Positions 24,439 to 33,052 of a stretch of DNA of 43,301 nucleotides are shown in pieces. The notes under the pieces were generated by a model, which searched no databases, was not told the DNA's origin, and worked only from the letters and a program-made list of their open reading frames with translations. The position numbers and the translations under genes were made by a program. Origin of the DNA: an uncultured Candidatus Saccharibacteria bacterium (lineage in GTDB: Bacteria; Patescibacteriota; Minisyncoccia; Phycocordibacterales; WO2-35-19); NCBI GenBank assembly GCA_964601125.1, contig CAZRKB010000001.1:6371-49671 (forward strand), written 5' to 3'. Every line of letters starts with the position of its first letter. Position 1 is the stretch's first letter.

Positions 24439-25509
24439 TTAAAAACCAAATAAAGGAGAAATTATCCCCGCCGCTGCCAAACTATTGATCAGGTTGAATA
24501 CCGCAAAAAGAATTACGATAAGACCGGCTGTTTTAAAGAAAATCCCTTTCTTTGAGCTATGGCGTACACTAAAAGAACTGAAGCTGACGAGGGCAAGTAT
24601 TGGCAACGTACCGAAGGCAAAAACCAGCATAGTTAGACCACCAGCCAAAAAACTTCCAGTAGAAAGAGTGTAAATCTGCATTGATTGAGTAAAACCGCAA
24701 GGCAAGAAAAAAGTGAGTGCCCCTACTAAAACCGGAGTCAAAACATGATTTATCTTGGACAAACCAATAGTGTGTCTAGATAAAAATTTTGGCATACTTG
24801 GTTGTAGTTTTTTAGTAAAGTGGAAAAGATCAAGCAAATTAATACCCAATAGAAGCATCACCCCCACTATCAGAATATTGAGAGTAAGATTTGCGGTTTG
24901 ACTGAGAGCAAACACTGAGCCTAAAACTCCAATCAATCCACCAAGAACAAAAAAGAAAACAAGACGACTGAGATGAAACAAGGCGATCGACCGGCTAGCA
25001 CTTCGCCATTTTTGCGAATTAGCTGCAAAAGAAGCCGACATTGACAAGACCAGACCACCAACCACCGCCATACAAGTAGAAAGAGAGGCGACCACACCAA
25101 TCAGGAAAACTGTTGGGTAGTTAAGTTTAGTCGAATTGACCAGATTGACTATGCCCAGTTTTTGCAAAAATACAAAAAGCGCCACAAAAGTGAGGGCAGC
25201 CATTAAAGCTACCTTAAACTCTGACCAATTGTATTTTTGTTTTTCCGAAACCGGATCCACTAGTGGAAAAAGGGTGTAACCATACGGTTCAATAAATTCC
25301 GTCAGCGCCTTAGCCGCTTCACCTTCTGACATATCACCAAAATATCCAGCAACCTCAAGTGTTTGATTTTTGATGCTTGCCTTGGTCGTCGTCACGTAAG
25401 GAACCGCCTTGATTTCAGTTTCAATCAAAAGCTCGCAAGAATGGCAATGCATGCCCTTTACCCGGAAAGAAAACTTCTTTAAAAGATCTGTGTCTTGTTT
25501 TTCATTCAT
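24439..25509 (-). CDS. HMA-domain fused polytopic membrane protein (TauE/SafE or CcdA-like), putative metal handling
   Basis: N-terminal GMHCHSCE heavy-metal-associated motif followed by ~8 TM helices; immediately downstream of copA. Confidence 0.65.
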   Translation of the reverse strand: MNEKQDTDLLKKFSFRVKGMHCHSCELLIETEIKAVPYVTTTKASIKNQTLEVAGYFGDMSEGEAAKALTEFIEPYGYTLFPLVDPVSEKQKYNWSEFKVALMAALTFVALFVFLQKLGIVNLVNSTKLNYPTVFLIGVVASLSTCMAVVGGLVLSMSASFAANSQKWRSASRSIALFHLSRLVFFFVLGGLIGVLGSVFALSQTANLTLNILIVGVMLLLGINLLDLFHFTKKLQPSMPKFLSRHTIGLSKINHVLTPVLVGALTFFLPCGFTQSMQIYTLSTGSFLAGGLTMLVFAFGTLPILALVSFSSFSVRHSSKKGIFFKTAGLIVILFAVFNLINSLAAAGIISPLFGF

Positions 25510-25513
25510 AAAT

Positions 25514-27838
25514 TTATAGTCGCTTTGCTTTTAATCGGAGTGAATTGGCTACCACCGAAACGCTTGACATTGCCATAGCAAAACCGGCAAAAATCGGCGA
25601 GAGCAGCCAGCCAAAAAGAGGGTAAAACAAGCCGCCCGCCAGTGGGATACCGACAATATTATAGACAAAAGCCCAAAAAAGATTCTGTTTGATGCCGGCC
25701 ATGGTAACCCTGGAAAGTCTGATTGCCTTAATGAGCTTCGATATGTCTCCATGGAGCAAAGTGATACCAGCCGACTCGATAGCCACATCTGTACCAGTCG
25801 CCATGGCGATACCAATATCTGCTTCGGCGAGCGCTGGTGCATCATTAACACCGTCTCCAACCATAGCCACCACTTTACCCTTTGATTGGATATCCCTTAT
25901 CTTTGTAAGTTTTTCATCAGGCAACACTTCCGCCACCACTTCATCAATACCGACTTCGCTAGCGATATGGGCCGCAGCATTTTTGTCATCGCCTGTAAGC
26001 ATTACCGTTTTGATCTTCATCCGATGAAGATTTTTGATCGCCTCTACTGCTTCAGGTTTTATTTTGTCACCAACCGCAATGAGTCCCAAAACTCTGTCTT
26101 TGGTCGCCACAAAGATCGGAGTCTTACCATTTCTGGTTTCTTGCTCTACCTTTACCGAATCGAAACTGAGCCCCAAATCAATCATCAACTTACTGTTGCC
26201 GGCATAATAATCCTCTCCCCCGATCTTCCCGGTCACCCCCTTGCCTTTGATGGATTCAAAGCTTTCTGTTTGTTTAGATTCAAAATTATTATTCTTAGCA
26301 TAAGAGACGATAGCATGAGCAATCGGGTGTTCAGATTTTTGCTCAAGAGACACCAAAATCTGGAGGAGCACTTCATCGCTTAAGCTAGAATAATTTTGAA
26401 TTGAAGTCACTTCTGGTTTACCGAGAGTGATTGTCCCGGTTTTATCCATCACCAAAGTATCTACTTTGTGTAATTTTTCGAGAGTAGCGGCATCTTTTAC
26501 CAATATACCCTCCCTTGCTCCTTTGCCGACACCTACAATGACCGCTGTCGGAGTAGCAAGACCCAGAGCACAAGGACAAGCAATAACAAGAATGCCAACA
26601 AAAGAAACTAGCCCCATTGAAAACGCTTCTTTAAAGCCCAAATAGCTACTACCGATGGTAAGCCACAATCCAAGAGAGATGACGGCGAGCACCAGTACCA
26701 CCGGCACAAAAATGGCTGATATTTTGTCCGCCAGAGCTTGGATCGGCGCCTTGCTTCCTTGGGCCTCTTCAACCATTTTAATTATTCTGGAGAGCATTGT
26801 TTCCGAGCCCACTTTAGTCGCCCGAAAAACAAAAGAGCCAGTAGTATTGATAGTACCACCAGTCACCAGATCACCGATTTTTTTCTCAACCGGCATCGGT
26901 TCACCACTCACCATCGACTCATCGACATACGAAACACCTTCTACCACCACCCCATCTACCGGCAATGAACCTCCGGGACGCACCACAATCAAGTCACCAT
27001 GGACAACCATTTGGACTGACACCTCTTCCTCCTTACCATTTCGTCTTACTAAAGCGGTTTTGGCTTGAAGATTTAGAAGTTTTTCAATGGCGTCGCCGGT
27101 TTTGAGTTTAGATTTTGCTTCAAGATATTTACCGAGAGTAATGAAGGCAATAACCACAATAGTCACTTCATAATAATTTTGCTTAGTGTTAATAAGGGAC
27201 GAAAGACTCATCTCAAAAGCTGAGGCGATAAAACTATACAAAAAGGCAACTAGTGTACCGATACCAATCAACGTATCCATATTGGCCTTGCCGTAACGCA
27301 AAAAACGATAAACACCCATCAGATATGGTCGGCCAGCCACAAAAAGAGCATAGGTAGCAAAAACCGGCATCAAATGATGGAAAAAATCCATCCAAATTTG
27401 TGGTATTTCTGATGAAAATCCCAACTTAACACCAAATTCCCAAACCATTAACAAAATGCTAATGAAAGAAATCGGAATAAGTGTCATCACCTTACTTTTG
27501 AGATCCGATATTTCAGAAAGTTTGTCTTTTTTTGATTGGTTGATACCCAAATGAGCCGCATGTTCTTCTTCGGACATACCCATTTCCCTGGCACCGCGCA
27601 CAAATTCAACACCAGAAGCATCTTGGTTTTGAATAAAAGTATAACCCAAAGGTTCAATCTTTGAAGAAAGTTTGGCAATGCTTGTTTTTGAGTTATCAAA
27701 ACCAAGTTTGGCGGCTTCAGTGCCATAATTCACTTCGGCAAAATTGACCCCCTCTTCTTTTTTCAATGTTTTCTCAATAATCGCAGCGCAAGAAGCGCAG
27801 TGCATCCCTTTTATTCTGTAAGTTTTTGTATTTTGCAT
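25514..27838 (-). CDS. copA: copper-translocating P1B-type ATPase
   Basis: 774 aa; [11 protein letters not shown] domain, CPC motif ([11 protein letters not shown]), [17 protein letters not shown]. Confidence 0.95.
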   Translation of the reverse strand: MQNTKTYRIKGMHCASCAAIIEKTLKKEEGVNFAEVNYGTEAAKLGFDNSKTSIAKLSSKIEPLGYTFIQNQDASGVEFVRGAREMGMSEEEHAAHLGINQSKKDKLSEISDLKSKVMTLIPISFISILLMVWEFGVKLGFSSEIPQIWMDFFHHLMPVFATYALFVAGRPYLMGVYRFLRYGKANMDTLIGIGTLVAFLYSFIASAFEMSLSSLINTKQNYYEVTIVVIAFITLGKYLEAKSKLKTGDAIEKLLNLQAKTALVRRNGKEEEVSVQMVVHGDLIVVRPGGSLPVDGVVVEGVSYVDESMVSGEPMPVEKKIGDLVTGGTINTTGSFVFRATKVGSETMLSRIIKMVEEAQGSKAPIQALADKISAIFVPVVLVLAVISLGLWLTIGSSYLGFKEAFSMGLVSFVGILVIACPCALGLATPTAVIVGVGKGAREGILVKDAATLEKLHKVDTLVMDKTGTITLGKPEVTSIQNYSSLSDEVLLQILVSLEQKSEHPIAHAIVSYAKNNNFESKQTESFESIKGKGVTGKIGGEDYYAGNSKLMIDLGLSFDSVKVEQETRNGKTPIFVATKDRVLGLIAVGDKIKPEAVEAIKNLHRMKIKTVMLTGDDKNAAAHIASEVGIDEVVAEVLPDEKLTKIRDIQSKGKVVAMVGDGVNDAPALAEADIGIAMATGTDVAIESAGITLLHGDISKLIKAIRLSRVTMAGIKQNLFWAFVYNIVGIPLAGGLFYPLFGWLLSPIFAGFAMAMSSVSVVANSLRLKAKRL

Positions 27839-27842
27839 ATTA

Positions 27843-28109
27843 TTAACTTATCTTCTTAAGTCTATAAACATTTAGGATTTCTTTGGTTGCCTTACTGGCC
27901 TCCCCTTTTTTGATTTGAGGCACCAAGCAAGAGCTGAGATGATTTTCCATTATTGCATCTTCAATACTAGACAGAGCGCGCTTCACTGCAGAAGTCTGGG
28001 TAATGATGTCGATACAATAAACCCCCTTTTCAACCATTTCTTGTAAACCTCTAACTTGCCCCTCAATAATTTTGAGCCGGCGATTGATCCTTGATTTTGG
28101 TGTTGTCAT
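27843..28109 (-). CDS. csoR: CsoR-family copper-sensing repressor
   Basis: [12 protein letters not shown] motif and the Cys...His-x3-Cys ligand pattern (YCIDI, HLSSC); start set to the ATG at 28109 (28118 also possible). Confidence 0.85.
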   Translation of the reverse strand: MTTPKSRINRRLKIIEGQVRGLQEMVEKGVYCIDIITQTSAVKRALSSIEDAIMENHLSSCLVPQIKKGEASKATKEILNVYRLKKIS

Positions 28110-28116
28110 AGCAACC

Positions 28117-28145
28117 ATCTTATACCCCCTGGGGGTATTTGTAAA
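28117..28145 (-). promoter_or_regulatory. putative cop operon promoter (TTTACA-17-TAAGAT)
   Basis: -35 at 28145..28140 and -10 at 28122..28117; the ATG at 28109 is 7 nt downstream. Confidence 0.5.
28122..28138. promoter_or_regulatory. putative CsoR operator, perfect palindrome ATACCCCC-T-GGGGGTAT
   Basis: 17-nt perfect inverted repeat just upstream of csoR, lying in the spacer of a TTTACA-17-TAAGAT promoter; GC-core palindromes of this type are known CsoR sites. Confidence 0.7.
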
Positions 28146-28289
28146 GTGAGTCTGTGGATAGGATAAATTTTGTATAAAATAGAAGGAGTGAGCGGGGCAA
28201 AATGTTCTTGGAGAAAACCCTAAGCAACTAAACAAAGATGGAGTTTAAAGGCTCCGAGTGTTTTCGGAAAAAACATTATTCTGTTGCGT

Positions 28290-28730
28290 TCACCGATGCA
28301 TCGGACGCAGATGCGCGGCGACACCAATAGCCGTGGCGATAATGACTAAATTTTTGATTATGTATTGACCTTCAAGAGTGGGGACCAGAGTTTGGTTCCA
28401 GGTTTCTCCTGGCAAGAAAAACAGCGGGCCGGCGGTAGTCACCATGTGTAAAAGAAGCATGGGTATCACCCCCCTTTCTGCCCCGGGTATTAAAAACAGT
28501 ATTCCTATCAAGCATTCAAACAAACCGAAAATAATAAAAAAAGTCTGGAACTCCATTATCGGCATAGTCTCATTGAAAAGATTTTGTACCACCTGACTTG
28601 CCGGCGACATACCTATCATCTTCAAAATCCCAAACCAAAAGAAAACTACAAAAAGGGCCAGCCGCGAAACCGGCATCGAGATGCGTTTAAAAAAATTTAT
28701 GATTTTAATATCAATAGTTCGGAGTGACAT
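28290..28730 (-). CDS. hypothetical integral membrane protein (DoxX/DUF417-like?)
   Basis: 4 TM helices; start set to MSLRT because TATAAT lies 6 nt upstream; family call tentative. Confidence 0.5.
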   Translation of the reverse strand: MSLRTIDIKIINFFKRISMPVSRLALFVVFFWFGILKMIGMSPASQVVQNLFNETMPIMEFQTFFIIFGLFECLIGILFLIPGAERGVIPMLLLHMVTTAGPLFFLPGETWNQTLVPTLEGQYIIKNLVIIATAIGVAAHLRPMHR

Positions 28731-28736
28731 GCGAAA

Positions 28737-28742
28737 ATTATA
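28737..28742 (-). promoter_or_regulatory. -10 box TATAAT, 6 nt from the ATG at 28730
   Basis: Read on the minus strand. Confidence 0.45.
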
Positions 28743-28793
28743 ATATAAAAAATCAGCTCGGCACACCCATTACTTGGGTATACAAATTAAAAA

Positions 28794-29303
28794 CTACTTT
28801 AATTTTTCTAAAACACTCGATTCGTCCAGATCTTGACGGTTAAATTTTGTACCTTGAAATTTCATTTTTTCAATCAAAAACTCGGGGCTGTGCCATTCAA
28901 GCACGCTTTCACACTCAACATCGTTTTTACTTCTCTTCCCCAAATCCTGACTTTTTAATTTGCAGAGAAAATAAAGAGTGGTTTTTTCAATTTCAACTTC
29001 ACTTCCCTTGTGTTTAAAACGACTTTGGATGGAACCCAGATAATCAACAATTTCCGCTTCAGCTCCAAACTCTTCCAAAAGTCCCCGATGTACCGTTTGC
29101 TCCAAAGTCTCCCCCATTTCAACGGTCTCCCGCATCAAAATATAAAAATCATCCAATCCTTGGTCTTTCCAATACCCAGCAAACTCTGATCCATTTTTCG
29201 AATCAAAATGATGCGCACAAACTTCATCATTTCCATTCACCAAAACCGCCCCCACTGACACATGTCTCGGGTGTTCATTGTTGCCCTGAAAATAGTTTTT
29301 CAT
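28794..29303 (-). CDS. NUDIX hydrolase
   Basis: Nudix box GETLEQTVHRGLLEEFG; 169 aa. Confidence 0.82.
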   Translation of the reverse strand: MKNYFQGNNEHPRHVSVGAVLVNGNDEVCAHHFDSKNGSEFAGYWKDQGLDDFYILMRETVEMGETLEQTVHRGLLEEFGAEAEIVDYLGSIQSRFKHKGSEVEIEKTTLYFLCKLKSQDLGKRSKNDVECESVLEWHSPEFLIEKMKFQGTKFNRQDLDESSVLEKLK

Positions 29304-29309
29304 AGAGGG

Positions 29310-29318
29310 ATTATAGCA
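29310..29318 (-). promoter_or_regulatory. NUDIX gene extended -10 (TGCTATAAT), 6 nt from the ATG
   Basis: Read on the minus strand. Confidence 0.55.
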
Positions 29319-29361
29319 AATTTAGAGTTAGAAAAGCTCGGCTATATGATTTTAGGAAATA

Positions 29362-29370
29362 TGCTATAAT
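29362..29370 (+). promoter_or_regulatory. hicB extended -10 (TGCTATAAT), 9 nt from the ATG
   Basis: Read directly. Confidence 0.5.
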
Positions 29371-29379
29371 ATAGGTGTA

Positions 29380-29616
29380 ATGAAAAATATAATTCAATTT
29401 CTAATAACCGAGGAAGACGGAGTTTATACCGCAGAAGCTATGAATGCGGGCATAGTTACTGATGGCAAAACTTTCGAGGAGCTTAAGAAAAATATCGTAG
29501 AAGCGGTAGAACTCTATTTCGAAGGAGAAGATTTGGCTTCTCTCGGGTTTAGCCGCACCCCTTCTATCCTTACCAACTTTGAACTCTCTCTGAATTCAAA
29601 TGGGGTCAAAGCTTAA
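29380..29616 (+). CDS. hicB: HicB-like antitoxin (UPF0150 fold, no DNA-binding domain)
   Basis: 78 aa; overlaps the downstream hicA-like ORF by 17 nt. Confidence 0.7.
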   Translation: MKNIIQFLITEEDGVYTAEAMNAGIVTDGKTFEELKKNIVEAVELYFEGEDLASLGFSRTPSILTNFELSLNSNGVKA

Positions 29617-29842
29617 AGTCCTGTCCAGCAAAGATGTTTTGAAAATTTTATCTGGTTTTGGTTTTTCTATACATAGTCAAAGAGGAAGTCACATAAAACT
29701 TAAAAGATTTATGCCAATAGGCGAAGAAACCCTTTTGGTTCCTGAGCGCAATCCGATCCCAAGAGGCACATTAAAAGCAATTTTCAACCAAGCCTCTGAA
29801 TACATCTCTAAATCCGAGTTGCAGAAACATTTTTATAATTAA
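29600..29842 (+). CDS. hicA: HicA-like mRNA interferase toxin
   Basis: 80 aa; SSKDVLKILSGFGFSIHSQRGSHIKLKR resembles the HicA/YcfA dsRBD-like motif. Confidence 0.72.
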   Translation: MGSKLKVLSSKDVLKILSGFGFSIHSQRGSHIKLKRFMPIGEETLLVPERNPIPRGTLKAIFNQASEYISKSELQKHFYN

Positions 29843-29848
29843 TTCGTG

Positions 29849-29920
29849 GGTGACTATCCGGATTCGAACCGGAGATAAAGGCTCCACAAACCTCTGTGTT
29901 ACCACTACACCATAGTCACC
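29849..29920 (-). tRNA. tRNA-His (GTG) with genome-encoded G-1
   Basis: Hand-folded cloverleaf: acceptor GTGACTA/TAGTCAC, extra 5' G opposite discriminator C, anticodon loop TTGTGGA, T arm TCCGG-TTCGAAT-CCGGA; no encoded CCA. Confidence 0.88.
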
Positions 29921-29961
29921 AATAATCAAAATAATTGCACAAAAATGGAGATTTTTCCAGA

Positions 29962-30606
29962 CTACCGATAATCAGGCGCTTCTTCTTTGATACCAGAGAG
30001 ATAGTTGGAATACCGAGCAAGAGCATAGAGAGCACTCGAGAGACGATTGAGGAAAGCTCTTGTGTGCGAGCTTATATGCTTTGGTTTATTTTCTAATTTT
30101 GACTGAGAAGGAAAATCTTTTTCAAAAAGAGTGCGGTTCATCTCTTCTTCTGCTACTTGAGTTACTCGTCTTTCGGCTCTGCGGGCAATAGTCCGAGCTA
30201 TGTCAAATATTGCACCTAGGCCAGCCCCTCCCATCTGATCCTTACCCAAATCTTCCGGTCCACCAGAAATAAAGAAGGATTTTATCGGCGGCATCTTTTT
30301 TTCGATACCATTTATAATTTCCTCAAGCTCTTTTACTTTTGCCTCTGGGATGGTTTTGTCCGCCCCAGCGAGCTCAGCCTGGATTATAAAAAGATTTTTC
30401 TGAATATTGTGCACTATTTGCGACAAATCTCTGCCTTCAAACTTAAAGCTCAAATAAGCTGACTGGACCTTGCAAAGACCCAGGAACGAATTTATCTCAT
30501 CAAGACTACCGAGAGCTTCAGCAATAGCCGAACTTTTTGAAATCCTCTGATTTGAGTCCAGAGTTTTAGTGGTCCCATCATCTCCTTTTCCTGTAAATAA
30601 TGCCAT
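29962..30606 (-). CDS. PduO-type ATP:cob(I)alamin adenosyltransferase-like protein
   Basis: MALFTGKGDDGTT N-terminus and ARTIARRAERR motif; ORF trimmed to avoid tRNA-Leu. Confidence 0.78.
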   Translation of the reverse strand: MALFTGKGDDGTTKTLDSNQRISKSSAIAEALGSLDEINSFLGLCKVQSAYLSFKFEGRDLSQIVHNIQKNLFIIQAELAGADKTIPEAKVKELEEIINGIEKKMPPIKSFFISGGPEDLGKDQMGGAGLGAIFDIARTIARRAERRVTQVAEEEMNRTLFEKDFPSQSKLENKPKHISSHTRAFLNRLSSALYALARYSNYLSGIKEEAPDYR

Positions 30607-30612
30607 GTCTTT

Positions 30613-30697
30613 TGGTGCGCAGAGGGAGACTTGAACTCCCACGCCTTACGGCACACGCACCTCAAGCGTGCTTGTCTACCAATTCCAACACCTGCGC
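30613..30697 (-). tRNA. tRNA-Leu (GAG), long variable arm, CCA encoded
   Basis: Hand fold: acceptor GCGCAGG/TCTGCGC, anticodon stem CACGC/GCGTG with loop TTGAGGT, variable arm TGCCGTAAGGCGT, T arm GGGAG-TTCAAGT-CTCCC, 3' ACCA. Confidence 0.88.
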
Positions 30698-30722
30698 TTA
30701 TGGCGCGCATTATAGTGTAGAT

Positions 30723-31196
30723 TTACTCTTTTTTCAATTCAGCCTTTTGTTCTGTGTTTTCGAGAGAAGTTTCTTCTTCCCCCCTCTCCTCTTGCAAGGA
30801 GAGGGGTTGGGGGTGAGGTAGTTCCTCTGGCACCTCTCTTACATTTCTCATCGCTCTCTTGATTTCTTTGGCTGCCTTTTTCCTTATGTGGTATAGCTTA
30901 GCCCTGCGAACTTTTGAGCGCTTTACTACTTCTATTTTTTCTATGCTTGGAGAATATATAGGGAAAATCCTCTCCACCCCCACACCAGAAGTAACCTTTC
31001 TTAATGTAAATGTTCCACCTGCTTCCCTGCCATGCTTTACAGCCAAACAAAGACCCTCGAAGGCCTGCAATCTGGTTTTTGGTTTGCCGGTCTTTTTATC
31101 CTTTTCGATAATTTTTTGGGTAACCTTAACAGTATCCCCGGATCTTATATCCAAATTTTTCCTTTCTTCTATTTTTACTGGTGAAATGATTTTCAT
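30723..31196 (-). CDS. rplS: 50S ribosomal protein L19 with ~40-aa C-terminal extension
   Basis: RLQAFEGLCLAV, GVGVERIFPIYSP and RRAKLYHIRKK match L19; ATG 1 nt after the rplB stop; the tail contains repeat copy C. Confidence 0.9.
   Translation of the reverse strand: MKIISPVKIEERKNLDIRSGDTVKVTQKIIEKDKKTGKPKTRLQAFEGLCLAVKHGREAGGTFTLRKVTSGVGVERIFPIYSPSIEKIEVVKRSKVRRAKLYHIRKKAAKEIKRAMRNVREVPEELPHPQPLSLQEERGEEETSLENTEQKAELKKE
30779..30818 (+). repeat. family 1 element, copy C, inside the rplS 3' extension
   Basis: CCCCTCTCC-TCTTGCAA-GGAGAGGGG-TTGGGGGTGAGG; encodes LPHPQPLSLQEERGE on the gene strand. Confidence 0.88.
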
Positions 31197-31197
31197 A

Positions 31198-32043
31198 TTA
31201 TTTCTTAGCAACTCTCCTTCTGCTTACAATATATTTATCAGAATACTTCTTTGATCGACGTGTTTTCTGACCTTTACCTGTTGGTCTACCCCAAAGAGAA
31301 ACCGCCCTCTTTCTGCCTCTACCTTGACGGCCTTCGCCTCCACCATGTGGATGATCAACTGGGTTCATAGCTGTACCCCTAACAGTAGGGCGTATACCCT
31401 TCCATCGCGATCTACCGGCCTTTCCATAATTTTCAAGTCTTTTTTCTTCATTTGACACCTCACCTATGCTTGCAAAACAGCCCTCTCGCACTTTTCTTAC
31501 TTCAGTTGACGGCATCTTCAAGTCAACATAGCCAGCATCCTTTGCGACAACTTGCACGAAGTTGCCAGCAGACCTGGCGATCTTGGCACCCTGATAAGGC
31601 TTGAGTTCTACATTGTAAACAAATGTCCCTACAGGTATCAATTTCAAAGGAAGCCTGTTTCCTTGCTTTATTTCAGCGTTTTCTCCAGTCACAAACTCTT
31701 CTCCAGGCTTTACACCCTTTGGTAATAAAACGTATTTCTTCTCACCATCTCTATAGACAGCGAGACCAATAAAGCCAGTACGGTTTGGATCATATTCAAC
31801 CGAAACTATTTTGTATGGTATACCGATTTTTTTGTAATTAAAATCAACTTCCCTCCAAAGACGTTTGTGTCCGCCCCCTTTGTGTCGCACACTGATCCTG
31901 CCCGATCCGCTTCTACCTACAGCCCTCTTCCTTCCGTGCAAGAGAGACTTTAGAGGCTGATTTCCGGTAAGCACACCCTTATAAAGCACCACGCTCGTGT
32001 GCCTCCTTGATTTGGTTGTTGGTTTGTAAGTTTTGATTGCCAT
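31198..32043 (-). CDS. rplB: 50S ribosomal protein L2
   Basis: 281 aa; GTAMNPVDHPHGGGEGR motif. Confidence 0.97.
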   Translation of the reverse strand: MAIKTYKPTTKSRRHTSVVLYKGVLTGNQPLKSLLHGRKRAVGRSGSGRISVRHKGGGHKRLWREVDFNYKKIGIPYKIVSVEYDPNRTGFIGLAVYRDGEKKYVLLPKGVKPGEEFVTGENAEIKQGNRLPLKLIPVGTFVYNVELKPYQGAKIARSAGNFVQVVAKDAGYVDLKMPSTEVRKVREGCFASIGEVSNEEKRLENYGKAGRSRWKGIRPTVRGTAMNPVDHPHGGGEGRQGRGRKRAVSLWGRPTGKGQKTRRSKKYSDKYIVSRRRVAKK

Positions 32044-32075
32044 TTTGGTAAATTTAAAGATTGAAATCTAAAACA

Positions 32076-32366
32076 TTATTCGATCTTATCTCCACTTTTA
32101 AGATAAACATACGCCTTTTTTACCCCTGGTTTTACACCTTTTTTCCCCCTAACAAAGACTGACTTGCTTGGGTTTTTAACTATATTTACTTTAATCGGAG
32201 TAACTTTATAAAAGGCTTCTATAGCGTTTACAACATCACCCTTTTTAGCATTAGAAGCTATTTCAAAAGTGTGCACGTTGCCACCGACGGCCACGTGGTT
32301 AGCCTTCTCTGTTATCCTTGGTCTTAGCAAGGTTCCTGCGTATTTTGCTTTGTTATCTGTAGCCAT
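32076..32366 (-). CDS. rplW: 50S ribosomal protein L23
   Basis: 96 aa in the canonical position between rplD and rplB. Confidence 0.9.
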   Translation of the reverse strand: MATDNKAKYAGTLLRPRITEKANHVAVGGNVHTFEIASNAKKGDVVNAIEAFYKVTPIKVNIVKNPSKSVFVRGKKGVKPGVKKAYVYLKSGDKIE

Positions 32367-32375
32367 TTTTAAAAA

Positions 32376-33047
32376 TTATTTCTTAGTCTTAGCTGACAAA
32401 ATCGCTAAAGATTTTTCTGGATCAGTTACCACAAGATACTTGTATTTTAAAACATCAACAGCATTCAAATCTTTCATTTGGCCAACTTCCAGATTCCCAA
32501 AATTATTAAAGCTCTTTTTTGTATTTTCATTTTTTTCCGCAAGGGCTATAAAAGCTGCATTATTTTTCTTTGCTATGTATTCAAATTCTTTTACTTTAGA
32601 AAGGGCACTAATTACACTTTTTGCTTCTTTGGTTTTTGGAGCTTTAAAACTCAAGTTTTCAACAAAAATCATTTCTCCATCTTTAAATTTTTTAGAAAGA
32701 AGAGCAAAAAGAGCCTTGGTTTTCATTTTTTTGTTTATCTTCCTGGAATAATCTTTTTCATTTCTTGGCCCATGCGCAACACCACCACCAACCCATATAG
32801 GGCTTCTTCTGGAACCATGTCTTGCTCGACCGGTACCTTTTTGCCTCCAGGGCTTTTTGCCGGTACCAGAAACTTCTCCGCGATTTTTAGTGTGAGCGAT
32901 TGGAGTCCTCTCATTGCCCAACATCGAAACATATACTTGGTGCACCAACCTTTCCACGCTTTCATTCCAAGGCAAACCAAACACGCCCTCCGGTAGTTTT
33001 ACCTTTCCAGCCTCTTTTCCTGCTTGGTTGTAAACTTTTGTTTCCAT
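32376..33047 (-). CDS. rplD: 50S ribosomal protein L4
   Basis: 223 aa; KKPWRQKGTGRARHGS motif. Confidence 0.95.
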   Translation of the reverse strand: METKVYNQAGKEAGKVKLPEGVFGLPWNESVERLVHQVYVSMLGNERTPIAHTKNRGEVSGTGKKPWRQKGTGRARHGSRRSPIWVGGGVAHGPRNEKDYSRKINKKMKTKALFALLSKKFKDGEMIFVENLSFKAPKTKEAKSVISALSKVKEFEYIAKKNNAAFIALAEKNENTKKSFNNFGNLEVGQMKDLNAVDVLKYKYLVVTDPEKSLAILSAKTKK

Positions 33048-33052
33048 GATTA

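Noticed and set aside
25549-27726. Multiple ORFs of 60-165 aa overlapping copA on either strand and in other frames (similar nests lie inside glyA, argS, the kinase gene and the 1037-aa gene)
   Set aside because: They lie wholly inside strongly supported genes, have low-complexity or odd composition, and lack motifs. They are typical shadow ORFs.
28459-28480. GGGGGGTGATAC inside the 28290..28730 membrane gene (12-nt match to the tail of copy B), and GAGAGGGGGAGG inside the SIMPL gene (~19228-19245)
   Set aside because: No partner arm or hairpin is present, and the encoded residues fit the surrounding protein. These are probably chance G-runs or very degraded remnants.
20383-29920. tRNA-His-linked integrative island covering hicBA, the NUDIX gene, the cop operon and the two-component system
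   Set aside because: There is no integrase or recombinase gene, and by eye I found no direct repeat of the tRNA-His 3' end elsewhere in the window. Composition is not clearly distinct from flanking genes.
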